64,000 nt of DNA from the human T2T-CHM13v2.0 reference genome, Homo sapiens: NCBI RefSeq assembly GCF_009914755.1, contig NC_060930.1, one strand, 5' to 3'. The notes below the pieces were generated by a model, which saw only the letters and a program-made list of their open reading frames with translations, did no database searches and was not told the DNA's origin. This document shows, in pieces, positions 46,861 to 61,688 of this stretch; the stretch's first letter is position 1, and every line of letters starts with the position of its first letter. Both the position numbers and the translations under genes were made by a program.

Positions 46861-47599
46861 AAAAGGGGCAACCATAACTTACAAATTTTTTAAATGAAAG
46901 GTATTAAATTTGGGGGGATTTGGGAAACTTGATTAACCAATTGATAAATAGGATATTTTTGCTAGGAACTATTCATTAGCATTGCCGAATATTATAAAAC
47001 AAGACAAAGGGAAATGATGTGGTTGATTAAGATAATGTTTTTTATTTCTATAATAATCTGATTATTTTCTAAGTTATTTTCTTTGTCCTGATATCTCATA
47101 GACACGGGATAAGATGATCTTCCCAAGATGCTTAGGCTCCATAAATTCATAAAATCCCTGAAAATTCTCCATAAATCTATGGCTATAATTTTCCAGAAAA
47201 GATGCTTCCCAAAACCCAGGTGGACACAGTTTGCATCCTTTCTGAGAATTTAGTTTTAAACAATTTGAATTTGATTTGTCTCACTGACCAACTATTTATT
47301 GTGCACGTTTAAAAAAAAAGTATCAAGTTTTTAGACAACACCCATATGTATTGGCTATACCATCTACTTTTAAGTAATTTTAAATATATATCTTCCTCCA
47401 GAAAATGATTGAAAACCTATAATATGAAAAACATTGTGATAATATTGTGGTCATCAAAATGAATAGCACACAATTTCCACTTTAAACAATTTTATAGCCA
47501 AGTACAAAGAGGCATAATAAAAATAACATAAAATACCTACTGCAATAGATAAGAAAAAAGAAGTGATTGCTTTCCATTGAGATCATCAGGGAGAATGTC

Positions 47600-48110
47600 A
47601 TAGTAAAAGTATCCATCTTGAAATAAAGTCCAAGCTGTACCTTCTAATAGGCAGGTAGATTATTTTCAGAAATATTTTCAGGGAAGAGGAGTGTCATACC
47701 AGTCAGAGGGAAACAGGGAAGAAGGGAAAGCCAATTCCAGAGTACATTCTTGAAATGATCACTGCTGATGGCAAGTTGACTTGATTCTGCCTGGATCTTG
47801 TGGAGTCATGAATACTGTGTCCCAGAACTGCCGGTTTGAGGGACAAAATAAATCAGAACTTAATAAGAACTCTTTTTCATTAATCAATTATTGCCCACTG
47901 GTGCATTAACTCCTTCGTACTTCCAGGTTGCACATGAGCGAGTGAACAAATTGGTTACTTCAGGTGTTCTGTGTCAGAGAAGCTTGCACAGAAAGTATAA
48001 GACAGCTGGTGCAGCTAAGGGAGGTGCTATCAGGTTCCATCTGTGTGAAGCTAGTTGCCATGGCAATGGCTGAAGTAAAAGGTGGGCTAAGAGCATGTGA
48101 GGGGACAGGA
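47600..48110 (-). mobile_element. LTR33-like ERVL LTR
   Basis: cagggaagaagggaaagccaat, ttaactcc...cttccaggttgcacatg, gttgccatggcaat...aaaggtgggctaagagc. Confidence 0.6.
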
Positions 48111-48545
48111 GGAGGGGGGCAAACTATTCTTAACACAGAAAACCTTAACAGGTGGGAACATTTGAGCTAGATCTCAGAGATGTATCAGGATTTTTATCCA
48201 CAAAGATTAACAAGAAGAAGTAAGATAAGAAAATTATTTAGAAATATATTGCAGGCATAGATAATCTAATAAGAATGTGGATTTGAGAGAACACAGAGTG
48301 CATCGAAGTGTCAGTATTGGTAGGCAAGAACATAGTGTATTAGTAAGAGCATTATGACAGATAAGAGTGGATATATCTTTTGGGTTGAAGAAGGATCTTA
48401 ATGGTGGACTCTGGAATGGACCATTGTTGTCCAGTGGTTGGAAGTCACTGACCTGGTCTGACTACATGCTAACCCACGGGTTTGGGAGACCACTATAAAA
48501 ATAATTTACATTCTTTTAGCAGAGAACTAGTTCCCTGCGGAAAGC

Positions 48546-49087
48546 TGTTATAGTTTTAAAATATATCCACAAATTCTTTAATAGTACTCCCTTCAAGAGG
48601 TGTAGCTTAATTCCATGTCTGTTAACTGTGAGCTGGACTTAGTAACTTGCCTCTGACACATAGAATACAGTAAGGAGTTACAGCCAGTGACAATTCTAAG
48701 ACTAGGTCATACAAAGTATGCAGCTTCTCTATGTTATCTTTCTCCTAATGCTATAAGAACATTCTATACGTCTTATGGCACATATAGAGAAGCTCATATG
48801 GTAAGGAATCAAGACCTCTGACAAACAACCGGTGAGGAACTGAGGCTTTTTGCAAAAAGCCATGTGAATGAGCTTGGCAGTGGATCTTCCAGCTCCAGCA
48901 AAGCCTTCAGGTTACAAGGTCCCAGGCTGAAATCTTGATTGCAACCTCATGAATAACTCTGAGCCAAAACCACTCCATGGGCTACTCCCCAATTCTTGAT
49001 TTACAGAAGTGCTGTGATAACAAAAGTTTTTGTTTTAAGCAGTAAATTTTGGGGTAATTTTTTACACAACCCTTGGTAACTAATACA
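48546..49087 (+). mobile_element. MLT1F-type solo LTR
   Basis: tccacaaattctttaatagtactcccttcaagagg...gtgaatgagcttgg...tttggggtaattt...taactaataca. Confidence 0.88.
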
Positions 49088-49499
49088 GAAAAAGTACTGG
49101 ACAGAAAAATGTATAACTGGTTTAAATTATAAGTGCCTAATTTAGGGCAAAAATGATGGACAGAGAGGAAATAGATATGCACGAGAGACTAAAGGAGCCT
49201 AATGTGTGAAGAGTAACAAAAGAAAGGAAGACAATTCGAGAGCACAGGCATTAACAGAATTCTACCACACCACTCAATAAAATTGAGTGTTAACATTTCA
49301 TTTTTTCATCATAGTGAATCATCCATCCCAGAGTTACATGCTCTTGAAGGTAGCTCATGTTACACAAAGGAGTCAATTCCAGATTTGGTCTAGAGAATAC
49401 ATGGATAACAGCATAATGATAACATGTGAGCCATTGCTTGTCTGAGTCTCTTAATTCAAAATAAGTTAGTGGAAATTCCAGAATAAATAAGTAGATAAC

Positions 49500-49877
49500 T
49501 TATATGATTTTGACGTGTTCCTACTCAAATCTCATCTTGAATCGTAGTTCCCATAATCCCCACATGTCAAGGGTGAGACCAGGTGAAGATAATTGAATCA
49601 AGGGGATGGTTTCCCCTATATTGTTCTTGTAATAGTGAGTGAGTTCTCACGTGATTGTGTTGTTTTATAAGGTGCTTCCCCCTTTGCTCTGCACTTCTCC
49701 TTTTCTCTCCTGCTGCCAAGTGAAGAAGGATGTGTTTGCTTCCCCTTCTGCCATGACTGCAAGTTTCCTCAGGCCTCCCCCAAACATGCTGAACTGTGAG
49801 TCAATTAAACCTCTTTCCTTTATAAATTATCCAGTCTTAGATGTTTCTTCACAGCAGCATGAGAACGGACTAATACC
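49500..49877 (+). mobile_element. THE1D-like solo LTR
   Basis: caaatctcatcttgaatcgtagttcccataatcccc...gtgaagaaggatgtgtttgcttcccc; 5-bp TSD ataac. Confidence 0.9.
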
Positions 49878-50531
49878 ATAACAAATATCAAGCTCAAATT
49901 GATTTCATCCTAATTCTAAACCTTCTTGCTTAACTGTAATGCAGTCAATATCTTAACATCTATTAATGTGCCTTTTTCTTTTCCAGTAATGTGTTCATTT
50001 TAGTCTCGATAGTCAACTAGAAGCAAGGCATCCCTTTGGGTTTGTCCACTTAGACTAACAGTTGATGCAGCAGGAATGAAAAGGAAATAAAAGAGTTAAC
50101 ACCATATTCAGTTAGTGATATTCAAAAGATAATTTTGCTGAAAAATTATCTAGATATCTAAGCTTCTCTAGCCACTTGTTATTTTCCAAAATTTTTTAGC
50201 GTATGAAGAAATAAGCCTAATAGACTCCAGCCGTAGTTTTTCTTTCACAATTCAGAGAAGATATTCCATCCGCCTATGATGATTAGGTCATATACGTCTT
50301 GCTCTCTTAGGGTACATTAGATCAGGTAGTTTCAAATCCAAAGCTCCATTCTCTTCTTTCTATTTGAGAGCCAAATTTTAAGGGGAAAGTTTTGAGGAAC
50401 ATTCAGATTCATAAATTAGAGCTTGAGAACATTGTGGCAAGTGGCATAGTTGCTTGGTAATCGTGTGATGGAAGCTGCCAACCCCTGGGTAAATTCTAAG
50501 GATTCAATGTGCCAGCATGGTATAAAAGTAC

Positions 50532-51109
50532 TGGTCATTTTAATAATAGCTATTATGACTAGGGTGAGATGGTATCTTATTATGGTTTTGATTTGCATTT
50601 CTTTAATGATTAGTGATGTTGAACATTTTTTCATGTCTATTGGCTGCATATGTCTTCTTTTGAGAAGTGTCTGCTCATATTCTTTGCCCATTTTTTAAAT
50701 TGGGATTGTTTGTTTTTTTCTTTGTTGGTTTGTTTAAGTTCCTTACAGATAGCAGATGTTGGCAAGGTTGTAGAGAAAAGGGAACATTTTTACACTACTG
50801 GTGTAAATATAAATTAGTTCAGGTACTGTGGAAAGCAGTTTGGAAATTTTTTAAAAAACTTAAAATAGAACTACCATTTGACCCAGCAATCCCATTCCAC
50901 TGGGTATACACCCAAAGGAATATAAATCATTCTACCAAAAAGATACATGCATTCATATGTTCATCTCAGCACTACTCCCAATACCAAAGACATGGAATCA
51001 ACCTAGATGTCCAACAATAATGGACTGGATAAAGAAAATGTGAGGACAAAGAGGGGAACAATGGACACTGGGACCTTTTTGAGGGTGGAGGATGGGAGGA
51101 GGGTGAAGG
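50532..51109. mobile_element. 5'-inverted L1PA15/16-like fragment: minus 50532-50750, plus 50751-51109; internal deletion, no tail
   Basis: Antisense ORF2 segment abuts the sense segment that follows it in the L1 consensus (…attaaaa / cagatgttggc…). Confidence 0.85.
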
Positions 51110-52429
51110 CCCTCGGCTGATGTGAGATTGCAGAAATCATTGCCCTTTCTCAAAATGGAAGGATGGAAATCTGCAATAAAATCTTTTTATCTAAAGAAAT
51201 AAAATTACCTAAAGCATAGCTTAATGTTATTGACTCAAAATAAGATTATTGAATTAGGTAAATTTAGTTTTCTTTTTTCCAGCTACCCAGTGGGGTAGGG
51301 CTTCTGGGGAAAAACTGATCAGATACAGAGTAAAGAATCTGTGCACTCTTTATTCTGCTGAACTGAAGTGGAGGTAAGTTAGTGACCCTGTTGAGTATGT
51401 TTATCTCCTGTGGATGTGACTTATGTACTAAATTTTTCTGATTCCAGGAAAACATACATAAAATCTGTTATCTGTTTTAGTTACATTGTTTTGTAATAGA
51501 ATGAGACTAGGTGACGGGGAAGCCACATAATTTTTGATCTTGGATCCTACTACCATAATTGTGTAAACACATCCTTAGTAAGTTTTCAGACTTACTGACA
51601 GTGTTGTGATTTTTTACACTTTAGTGTGTTTATATTACAGGAACATAAGAGGCAATTTTTCTTATTGGGTGATGGCTCTATTTTTTTTTGGTTTAAAATG
51701 TGCTTTTATGAGTGAATAGCTTTATTTACCACCTTCTGAATGCATATTCACGAAGATAATTTATTTTTATTACAAAATTTTCATGTGTTAAGGCCTTTCA
51801 TATTTTCAGTTAGCTTTGCATTTTCTGAGCCATAAGATATATCAACTTTAATCCTTTCTTATCTTTCTTTTTTAGTTTTTTAAGTAGCTATTAAGGGATT
51901 TTTTTAAAAACAAATTAACTTTCCTAAGGCTGTATATATTCAGCCTATTAGAATTTGCATCAAAAGTTTATAATGAAAACCATTCAAATAATTCAATGAT
52001 GAAGCATTTTTACAGAATTAAAATAACTACTTAGTTCCTGATAAGACTTATTACATGAGCAGGAGCACTAAGAAAGGCAGAAAAAAACTATGTAAATAAA
52101 TAGGTGATTCCTGTTGTAAATGTCAGTTGCCTGATCTTACCACCCTTTCTACCCCAAAGTAATTAAATTTAACTACTTTTCTGTATTTACCAAAACCTTG
52201 AAACCTACAATGTTAACATTATTTCGTCTGTTATTTCTCCAGCATTCCACCAAACACTTCTCTGAATACAATTTCCCTGTTTTCAACCTCCCACTCATTC
52301 CTTCCTACTAAACCTATTACCACCATCATTACTTTTACATACTTCTTTTAAATCCTCCCTATATTATTACTGTTCTCATTCACTTGCTTTACCACTAAGC
52401 CAGAGCTTCACTGCTTTTCATTTTTTGAA

Positions 52430-53800
52430 GATGGCTTTGCGACCTACTTTAATATGAAGGCTCAAACTAACTGGTAAGAGCTTATTCAATTTTTCCTCTC
52501 TACACTTAAAATAAATCCTGCTAGCTAAGTCTCCCTTTCCTCTTTCCTTCTTAATCCAACTCCTTTCAACCTCCGTCACAAAATTTTCCATCAGCTATAT
52601 CTATTTTGTCTTGTATCATCAACACTGTTTCAACTGAAAATGCTTAGATCTTTGCACTTGAGAAGAAAAAACTAATCCTTTCAATCTTGTCATCCCTTCA
52701 AATTACTACATATATGTCTTCATCTCCCATTCGCTCACCCAATCCTAAACCCGTTACATTCTGTCTTCTATCCATACCACATTAATACAGGATTTTGCGT
52801 ATGAATTTCATAGCTCATGTTTTATGTTTTTAGTTTCTTTCTCCTTGTTCTGTTTATAAGCAACTGTAGATATTTTTCATTATGCCTTTCTTGAAATACT
52901 TTTCTTCCTTACTTCTCTCTTACCACCCTTCCTCTATGTTGGCTGGCTCAGCTTTGATTTTACTTATTTGCATGTCAAATTTACTTCTGAATTTTATTTC
53001 AAGCTTTCTTTTACTCCCATAATGTCAACCCCTTCACTGATTACTTTCCAAGGTGTCTATAACCACCTCAAAGCAAATGACTTTAAAATCCATATATTCA
53101 ATTCTAACAGCTCACATAAAATATATGCCACATTTTTTCTTACATCAACTGTACAATTCCAACTTGGTACTTGATATCGTTGGAATGTTTGTCCCCTCCA
53201 GATCTCATGTTGAGATGTAATCCCCAGTGTTGGAGGTGGGGCCTGGTGGGAGGTTTTTTTGTCATGGGGGTAGATCCCTCATGTCTTAGTGCTGTCCTCA
53301 CCGTATTGAGTGAGTTCTCACAAGATCTGGCCATTTAAAAGTGTGTGGTACCTCTCCCACACTCTCTCTTGGTCCTGCTCTACCATGGGAGACACCTGCT
53401 CCCCTTTTGCCTTTGCCATGATTACAATCTTCATGAGGCCTCCCCAGAAGCCAAGCAGATAACAGTGCCATGCTTTCTGTAAAGCCTGCAGAACTGTGAG
53501 CCAATTAAACCTCTTTTTATTAAAAAATTACCCAGTCTTAGGTACTTCTTTATAGCAGCAGAAGAACAGCCTAATACAGTACTATACCAGTACTTCCAAT
53601 TCAGCATATGCAAAATTAGACATATCTCTACACATTCAAGTCATTACATACTTTTTGTATCCTTTCTATTGTACTCATTCCTTGTTCTATGTTCTACCCT
53701 GGAAACTCCAGTCTTTAGTTTATCCATCTACAGTATCTCTCAGTCCCTTTCCTTCTTTCTCCATGTTGCTGTTGCTAGAGTTCTGGTTATACTTACTAAT
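52430..53800 (+). mobile_element. Degenerate L2 interrupted by MSTB
   Basis: aatgactttaaaatccatatattc; ttcagcatatgcaaaattaga. Confidence 0.55.
53172..53578 (+). mobile_element. MSTB solo LTR
   Basis: tgatatcgttggaatgtttgtcccctcc...cagaagccaagcagat...ctaataca; perfect TSD gtact at 53167-53171 and 53579-53583. Confidence 0.93.
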
Positions 53801-54185
53801 GGAAAATTTTGAACTCTAACAGTATTTAAATTCTCTTTTTCCCCTTTCGAGGAAAGAAAGCCTCATAGGCGTCACAGTGAAGAACATTTTGAGGCCATGA
53901 TGCTGAGGAATAAGAGCTTTTGTGGTGAGCATAAAAATGATTCAAAACTCTTGCTGTTACAAAATTTGTCCTTTTCTCTCTGGATTTGTTTGTGTGTTTA
54001 TCCTATTTTTGTTTATTCTCTTTCCTCCTCCTTTTGTCCTTGCTTCTGTCTCTCTCTTCCTTCCTCATTCCCTCTTTTCTTTTTTTGTGTTTTGAGGTAA
54101 TATCTCTGATTCCTTTTTAGTAAAACTTACCCTCACTCTCACACCAAACTTTAAAAAGCAAAATAGATCTCCTTGAAGAGGTCCT

Positions 54186-56114
<1,929 letters not shown>

Positions 56115-57039
56115 ATAGGAACACTTTTACACTGTTGGTGGGACTGTAAACTAGTTCAATCATTGTGGAAGTCAGTGTGGCGATTCCTCAGGGATCTAGA
56201 ACTAGAAATACCATTTGACCCAGCCATCCCATTACTGGGTATATACCCAAATGACTATAAATCATGCTGCTATAAAGACACATGCACACGTATGTTTATT
56301 GCGGCATTATTCACAATAGCAAAGACTTGGAACCAACCCAAATGTCCAACAATGATAGACTAGATTAAGAAAATGTGGCACATATACACCATGGAATACT
56401 ATGCAGCCATAAAAAAGGATGAGTTCATGTCCTTTGTAGGGACATGGATGAAATTGGAAATCATCATTCTCAGTAAACTATTGCAAGAACAAAAAACCAA
56501 ACACCGCATATTCTCACTCATAGGTGGGAATTGAACAATGAGATCACATGGACACAGGAAGGGGAATATCACACTCTGGGGACTGTGGTGGGGTGGGGGG
56601 AGGGGGGAGCGATAGCATTGGGAGATATACCTAATGCTAGATGACAAGTTAGTGGGTGCAGCGCACCAGCATGGCACATGTATACATATGTAACTAACCT
56701 GCACAATGTGCACATGTACCCTAAAACTTAAAGTATAATAAAAAAAAAAAGAAAAACAAAAAAGAAAAACAAAACAAAACAAAAAAAAATAAAAAGCAAA
56801 ATAGAAATGAACAAGAGGGAGTTCATGAAGAGAAGGGATATGGTCTAGGTTGCATAAAGTCTATCTAGTATAAAATAGTCTTATATGGGAGATTGCGGCC
56901 AAATTCCAGCTAGTACTAAAGAATGATTTCTCTTTTCTCTTTCTTCTGTTTATCTTTTTTGGGGTCTAGCAGAAGGCCCATTCATGGTGAGAAGTGGAGA
57001 ATATAAGGATCATAATCTCTTTCACTGATTGTGACTTCC

Positions 57040-57245
57040 AGAGAATCCTTTGTTTCTTTAATTTATGAAACTCATCATACTTGCAATTATTTGGTTAATG
57101 TCATTATTTCCTGGCAGAAAGTAAATTTGGGAAAGCCAAAGTTCCATTTTTAGTTGCTTTTTTTAATTGCATATCTCCTAATGCTGGCCATTATGCATGA
57201 CATAAAGAAGATAATAAATGTTGTGTAAGTGAATGAATGGATAGA
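57040..57245 (+). mobile_element. L2 3' tail
   Basis: aataaatgttgtgtaagtgaatgaatgg. Confidence 0.6.
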
Positions 57246-57936
57246 CGGATGACCAATAGTGTTTGTCTCTCACTTGATTTACTATAATATCCACCATTTC
57301 CTTTAGATACCAAGTTTCTATTGGTATGGCTCCCAGATTCATCCCCTAAAGTACTGATTTCGTTATGTCCCTTCATCGTCATTGATAGGATAGATACAGA
57401 TTCAGCATGCTAGTCGAGATTTGTCACTCTTCGGCCTTAACCTTTCTTCACAACCCAATTTACTCCTACTAGCCTAGCCTTATCCAGTGCTTCCTCTAAA
57501 CTTGTTTACTGTTTTTTCAATAAAACTACTCTCCAACCATTCCCTTCTTCTCACTGCTGTTCCTGCTATCGAGAATGCAGCCATTTGAAATCATCTTCAT
57601 TTTTCAGAGTCTTACTCAACTGTTAAACTCAGTAAGAAATCTGCACTGATTTATTCCAATTTCAGTTTGCTTAATTTTTCTCAAAAAATTAGCATACCTT
57701 CACTTGTTTTATAATTTTCTATGTCTTTTGGATCTCATAAAATCCTGTTATGTGAACAAATAGAAATTGTGTTTCTCATTTATCTCTTCCCAGATTATAA
57801 GATTTGTAAAGCTGTTGTCTATAGTTCCTTTATTCTTATTTCCACTTTGAATTATTTTAGACCTGGGAAACACTCGAGAATGTAGTAACTGAAAGAATGA
57901 ATTTAGTAAAGACTCCATTATCAAAAATGCCCCAGA

Positions 57937-58145
57937 GATCCTCCTGGTTCAAGAGTGATCCTCCCACCTCACTCTCCCAAGTAGCTGGGAATACAGGTGC
58001 AAACCCTCACACTTGGCTAATCTTTTAATTTTTTGTAGAGAAGAGGTCTTTCCATATTGCTTTGACTGGTCTAAAATCCCTGGCCTCAAGTAGTCCTACT
58101 TCAGCCTTTTCAGTTGCTAGTATTAGAAGCCTGAGCCTCACCCTC
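57937..58145 (-). mobile_element. Degenerate partial AluJ
   Basis: gatcctcccacctcactctcccaagtagctggga...ttttgtagagaagaggtct. Confidence 0.85.
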
Positions 58146-58149
58146 CTTT

Positions 58150-58655
58150 AAGCTGTGAGAATTTTTGTTAATATTTCAAGGAAGCTTTCCTACCTCCATG
58201 ATAATTGTTTTCAAGGCCTCTTAGAGTCTTATCACATGTGACAGCTTTATGGTTAAATGCTCAGTGATAATCCTCTCCGCAAATTCTGGTGGTCTCTCTC
58301 TGTGTTTGACCCCTTCAATTCTGCCCTGTACACTTCAGCTACCTTAGCTTCCCTGATCTCTGATTGCTGAGTCACTAACTGAGCAAGAATGCCATCCTTA
58401 TATGTGTTTCTTCTCCTTATTTTCTACTCAGCAATGTGCATCCAGGCAGAAAGCCGGCACAATTATACGTATATTTGCTACTTTCTTTATGGGCAAATAT
58501 TCCACCTCAATCTATTGTCTAACATCTGAACACAGTTGCTTCATAAATGTTTTCCATTTATCTAGCTTTTTGGGGGTTTTTGTTGTTTTTGTTGTTGTTG
58601 TTTGTAGGAAGAATAATTTGGTACCAGTAATTCCATCATGCCCAGAAATGGAATT
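58150..58655 (-). mobile_element. Old L1M/L1ME 5' end
   Basis: Ends ccagtaattccatcatgcccagaaatggaa, the reverse complement of a typical L1ME 5' terminus. Confidence 0.6.
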
Positions 58656-58664
58656 ACTCAGATA

Positions 58665-58808
58665 CAATTTTTATTCACACTTTACAGATGAGAAACCTGA
58701 GGCTCAGATAATTAAATAATTTGCCTCAAGTTACATAGATATTGAATGCAGAGCCTAAATTCAAACATTAATCTCTTTGACATGAAACCTATTATCAATC
58801 CATGGTAC
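58665..58808 (-). mobile_element. MIR (target of LTR12)
   Basis: tttacagatgagaaacctgaggctcagataattaaataatttgcc. Confidence 0.8.
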
Positions 58809-60274
58809 TGAGAGGTGACAATGTGCTGGCGGCCCTCGCTTGCTCTTGGCACCTTCTTGGACTTGGCGCCCACTCTGGCTGTGCTTGAGGAGCCCTTCAG
58901 CCGGCCGCTGCACTGTGGGAGCCCCTCTCTGGGCTGGCCGAGGCCGGAGCCGGCTCCCTCAGCTTGTGGGGAGGTGTGGACAGAGAGGCGCGGGCGGGAA
59001 CCAGGGCTGCGCACGGTGCTTGCGGGCCAGCGCCGAGTTCCGAGTGGGCGTGGGCTCAGCAGCGGGCACTCAGAGCAGCCATCCAACGCCCCCAGCCCTG
59101 GGCAGTGAGGAGCTTAGCACCCAGACCAGCAGCTGTGGAGGGTGCACTGGGTTCCCCAGCAGTGCCTGCCTGCCGGTACTGTGCTGGAATTCTCGTGGGG
59201 CCTCAGCTGCCTCCCCGTGGGGCTGGGCTCTGGACCTGCAGCCTGCCATACCTGAGACTCCTCCCTGACCCCATGGGCTCCTGCTCGGCCGGAGCCTCCC
59301 CGACTAGCGCCACCCCCTGCTCCACGGTGCCCGGTCCCATCGACGGCCCAAGGGCTGAGGAGTGTGGGCTCAGGGCACGGGACTGGTGGGCAGCTCCGCC
59401 TGGGCCATGGTGCAGGATCCACTAGGTGAAGCCAGCTGGGCTCCTGAGTCTAGTGGGGACTTGGAGAACTTTTATGTCTAGCTAAGGGATTGTAGATACA
59501 CCACTCAGCACTCTGTGTCTGCCTCAAGGTTTGTAAATGCACCAATCAGCACTCTGTGTCTAGCTCAAGGTTTGTGAATGCACCAATCAGCACTCTGTAT
59601 CTGGCTAATAAGGTGGGGACTTGGAGAACCTTTATGTCTAGCTAAGGGATTGTAAATACACCAGTCAGCACTCTGTGTCTAGCTCAAGGTTTATAAATAC
59701 ACCAATCAGCATGCTGTGTCTAGCTCAAGGTTTGTAAATGCACCAATCAGTGCTCTGTGTCTAGCTAATCTTAGTGGGGACTTGGAGAACTTTTGTGTCT
59801 AGCTCAGGGATTGTAAAGGCACCAATCAGCACCCTGTCAAAATGGACCAATCAGCTCTCTGTAAAACAGACCAATCAGCTCTCTGTAAAATGGGCCGATC
59901 AGGAGGGTGTGGGTGGGGACAGATAAGGGAATAAAAGCAGGCTGCAGGAGCCAGCAGTGGCAACTCACTGGGATCCCCTTCCGCAGTGTGGAAGCTTTGT
60001 TCTTTCGCTGTTTGTAATAAATCTTGCTGCTGCTCACTCTTTGGGTCCGCACTGCCTTTATGAGCTGTAACACTCAACACGAAGGTCTGCAGCTTCACTC
60101 CTGAGCTAGCCAGACCAAGAACCCATCAGAAGGAAGAAACTTCGAACACATCCGAACATCAGAAGGAACAAACTCGGGACGTGCCGCCTTTAAGAACTGT
60201 TAACACTCTCCTGGAGGGTCTGCGGCTTCCTTCTTTAACTCAGTGATACCAAGAACCCACCAATTCCGGACACA
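58809..60274 (+). mobile_element. LTR12 (C/D/E group; ERV9) solo LTR
   Basis: tgagaggtgacaatgtgctggc...caattccggacaca; GC-rich U3; tandem caccaatcagcactctgtgtctagct repeats; perfect TSD gtac. Confidence 0.97.
59820..59940 (+). promoter_or_regulatory. LTR12 core promoter: CCAAT boxes, GATA site, AATAAAA TATA-like box
   Basis: CCAAT at 59822, 59847, 59871; agataa 59921-59926; aataaaa 59930-59936; poly(A) signal 60016-60021. Confidence 0.7.
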
Positions 60275-61391
60275 GTACTACACCTTTTCTCATGAACAAA
60301 TAGGACTTTTCAGATTCACGGTCTATGGAACCTCAATATTAACTGTAGTAGCCGTGATAGTAGTAATAGCAATAGCAATAAGAAAATGGAAAATTTAATA
60401 TGGCAATAATAATTTACAATTTACAAAGTAATTTTATGCATTTATCATTGAGTCTCATGAGCCTTCCAAATTTCCTCACTTTCTGCTTGTTCTTACTACT
60501 GCCCCACCTGTGCTCAGGAAAACTCTGTAACTTTTACTGTTTCCAAGAGAAGGTGCACACTCCCACATTAACGTGACACTTAGTTCCGCGACTGCTACGT
60601 GAGATGGGAGGGAGATCACTCTTTGGCAGAAAAGGAGATTCACTACTTGGCAGAAAAGTAGATTCCTGTATTTATTAAGGGTAGAAATACTGTAGCTTAG
60701 ATCAAAGCAATCTGATTTTAGCGTACTTGATGGCTTCTGAAAGCTGACGTATAGCATGGTGGATTTTACAGACTTACAGAATTTTGTTTTAAAAGATGGT
60801 TTATTTGTGCTTTTCTCCTACTTGGTTCAATAATCACATTATTGAATTTAAAAAAAAGCTGAACTAATATAAAATAGGAAAGTATCCAAGGCTTTGGTGA
60901 TTTGAGATTATGCCCATAGAATCAAACGTTGAGCATTCTAGATCCAGAAATCTAGGGTAGAATTGTATTAACATGAAGCTGTAACGAATATGAAAATTAC
61001 TGTTCCATTTTGTGTTTTAAATTACGTTATTTTAAAGCTTCTCAATCACATACATTGTATCATCCAAACACATCATTCTTTTGACATTACTGTTTCTAAA
61101 GGAAAACAACAGAAAAAGAGAACACTAAAATATCAGTAATGTAAGTAGTAAAGCAAAATATTATCATATTGGCTGAACAGACAATGATTATTTTAAAATG
61201 CAGGCCTTTGAAGGGAGAAGGTATATTAAACTTAAATTTCTGTTCTAGTCACAAAAGACCACAATGATTGCTCTTACTGTTCTCTTGTTGACCTTTAGTT
61301 TATAATATAATATGTCCCTTAAGATAAGCCTTATTAATCTTCCTTTTCTTTTGTGAATGCAACATAATTAAAAAAAAATTTGTGGCCTCCT

Positions 61392-61688
61392 GGCTGGGAG
61401 TGGTGGCTCACGCCTGTAATCCCAGCACTTTGGGAGGCCGAGGTGGGAGGATCATGAGATCAGGAGTTCGAAACCAGCCTAACCAACATGGTGAATCCCT
61501 GTTTCTACTAAAAATACAAAAATTAGCTGGGCATGGTGGCACATACCTGTAATCCCAGCTACTCAGGAGGCTGAGTCAGGAGAATTGCTTGAACCCAGGA
61601 GGTGGAGGTTGCAGTGAGGCGAGATTGTACCACTGCACTCTAGCCTGGGTGACAGAGAAAGACTCCATCTCAAAATATATATATATAT
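61392..61688 (+). mobile_element. AluSg-like Alu with tail converted to (TA)n
   Basis: ggatcatgagatcaggagttcga; ends ctcaaaatatatatatatat; degenerate TSD tgtggcctcc/tatggtctcc. Confidence 0.93.

Noticed and set aside
58712-59425. Overlapping 97-153 aa ORFs and a CpG-island-like stretch
   Set aside because: All fall in the GC-rich LTR12 U3 region.
59450-59890. Regularly spaced repeats resembling a CRISPR array
   Set aside because: These are the standard LTR12 U3 tandem CCAAT repeats: no unique spacers, no cas genes, and the DNA is primate.
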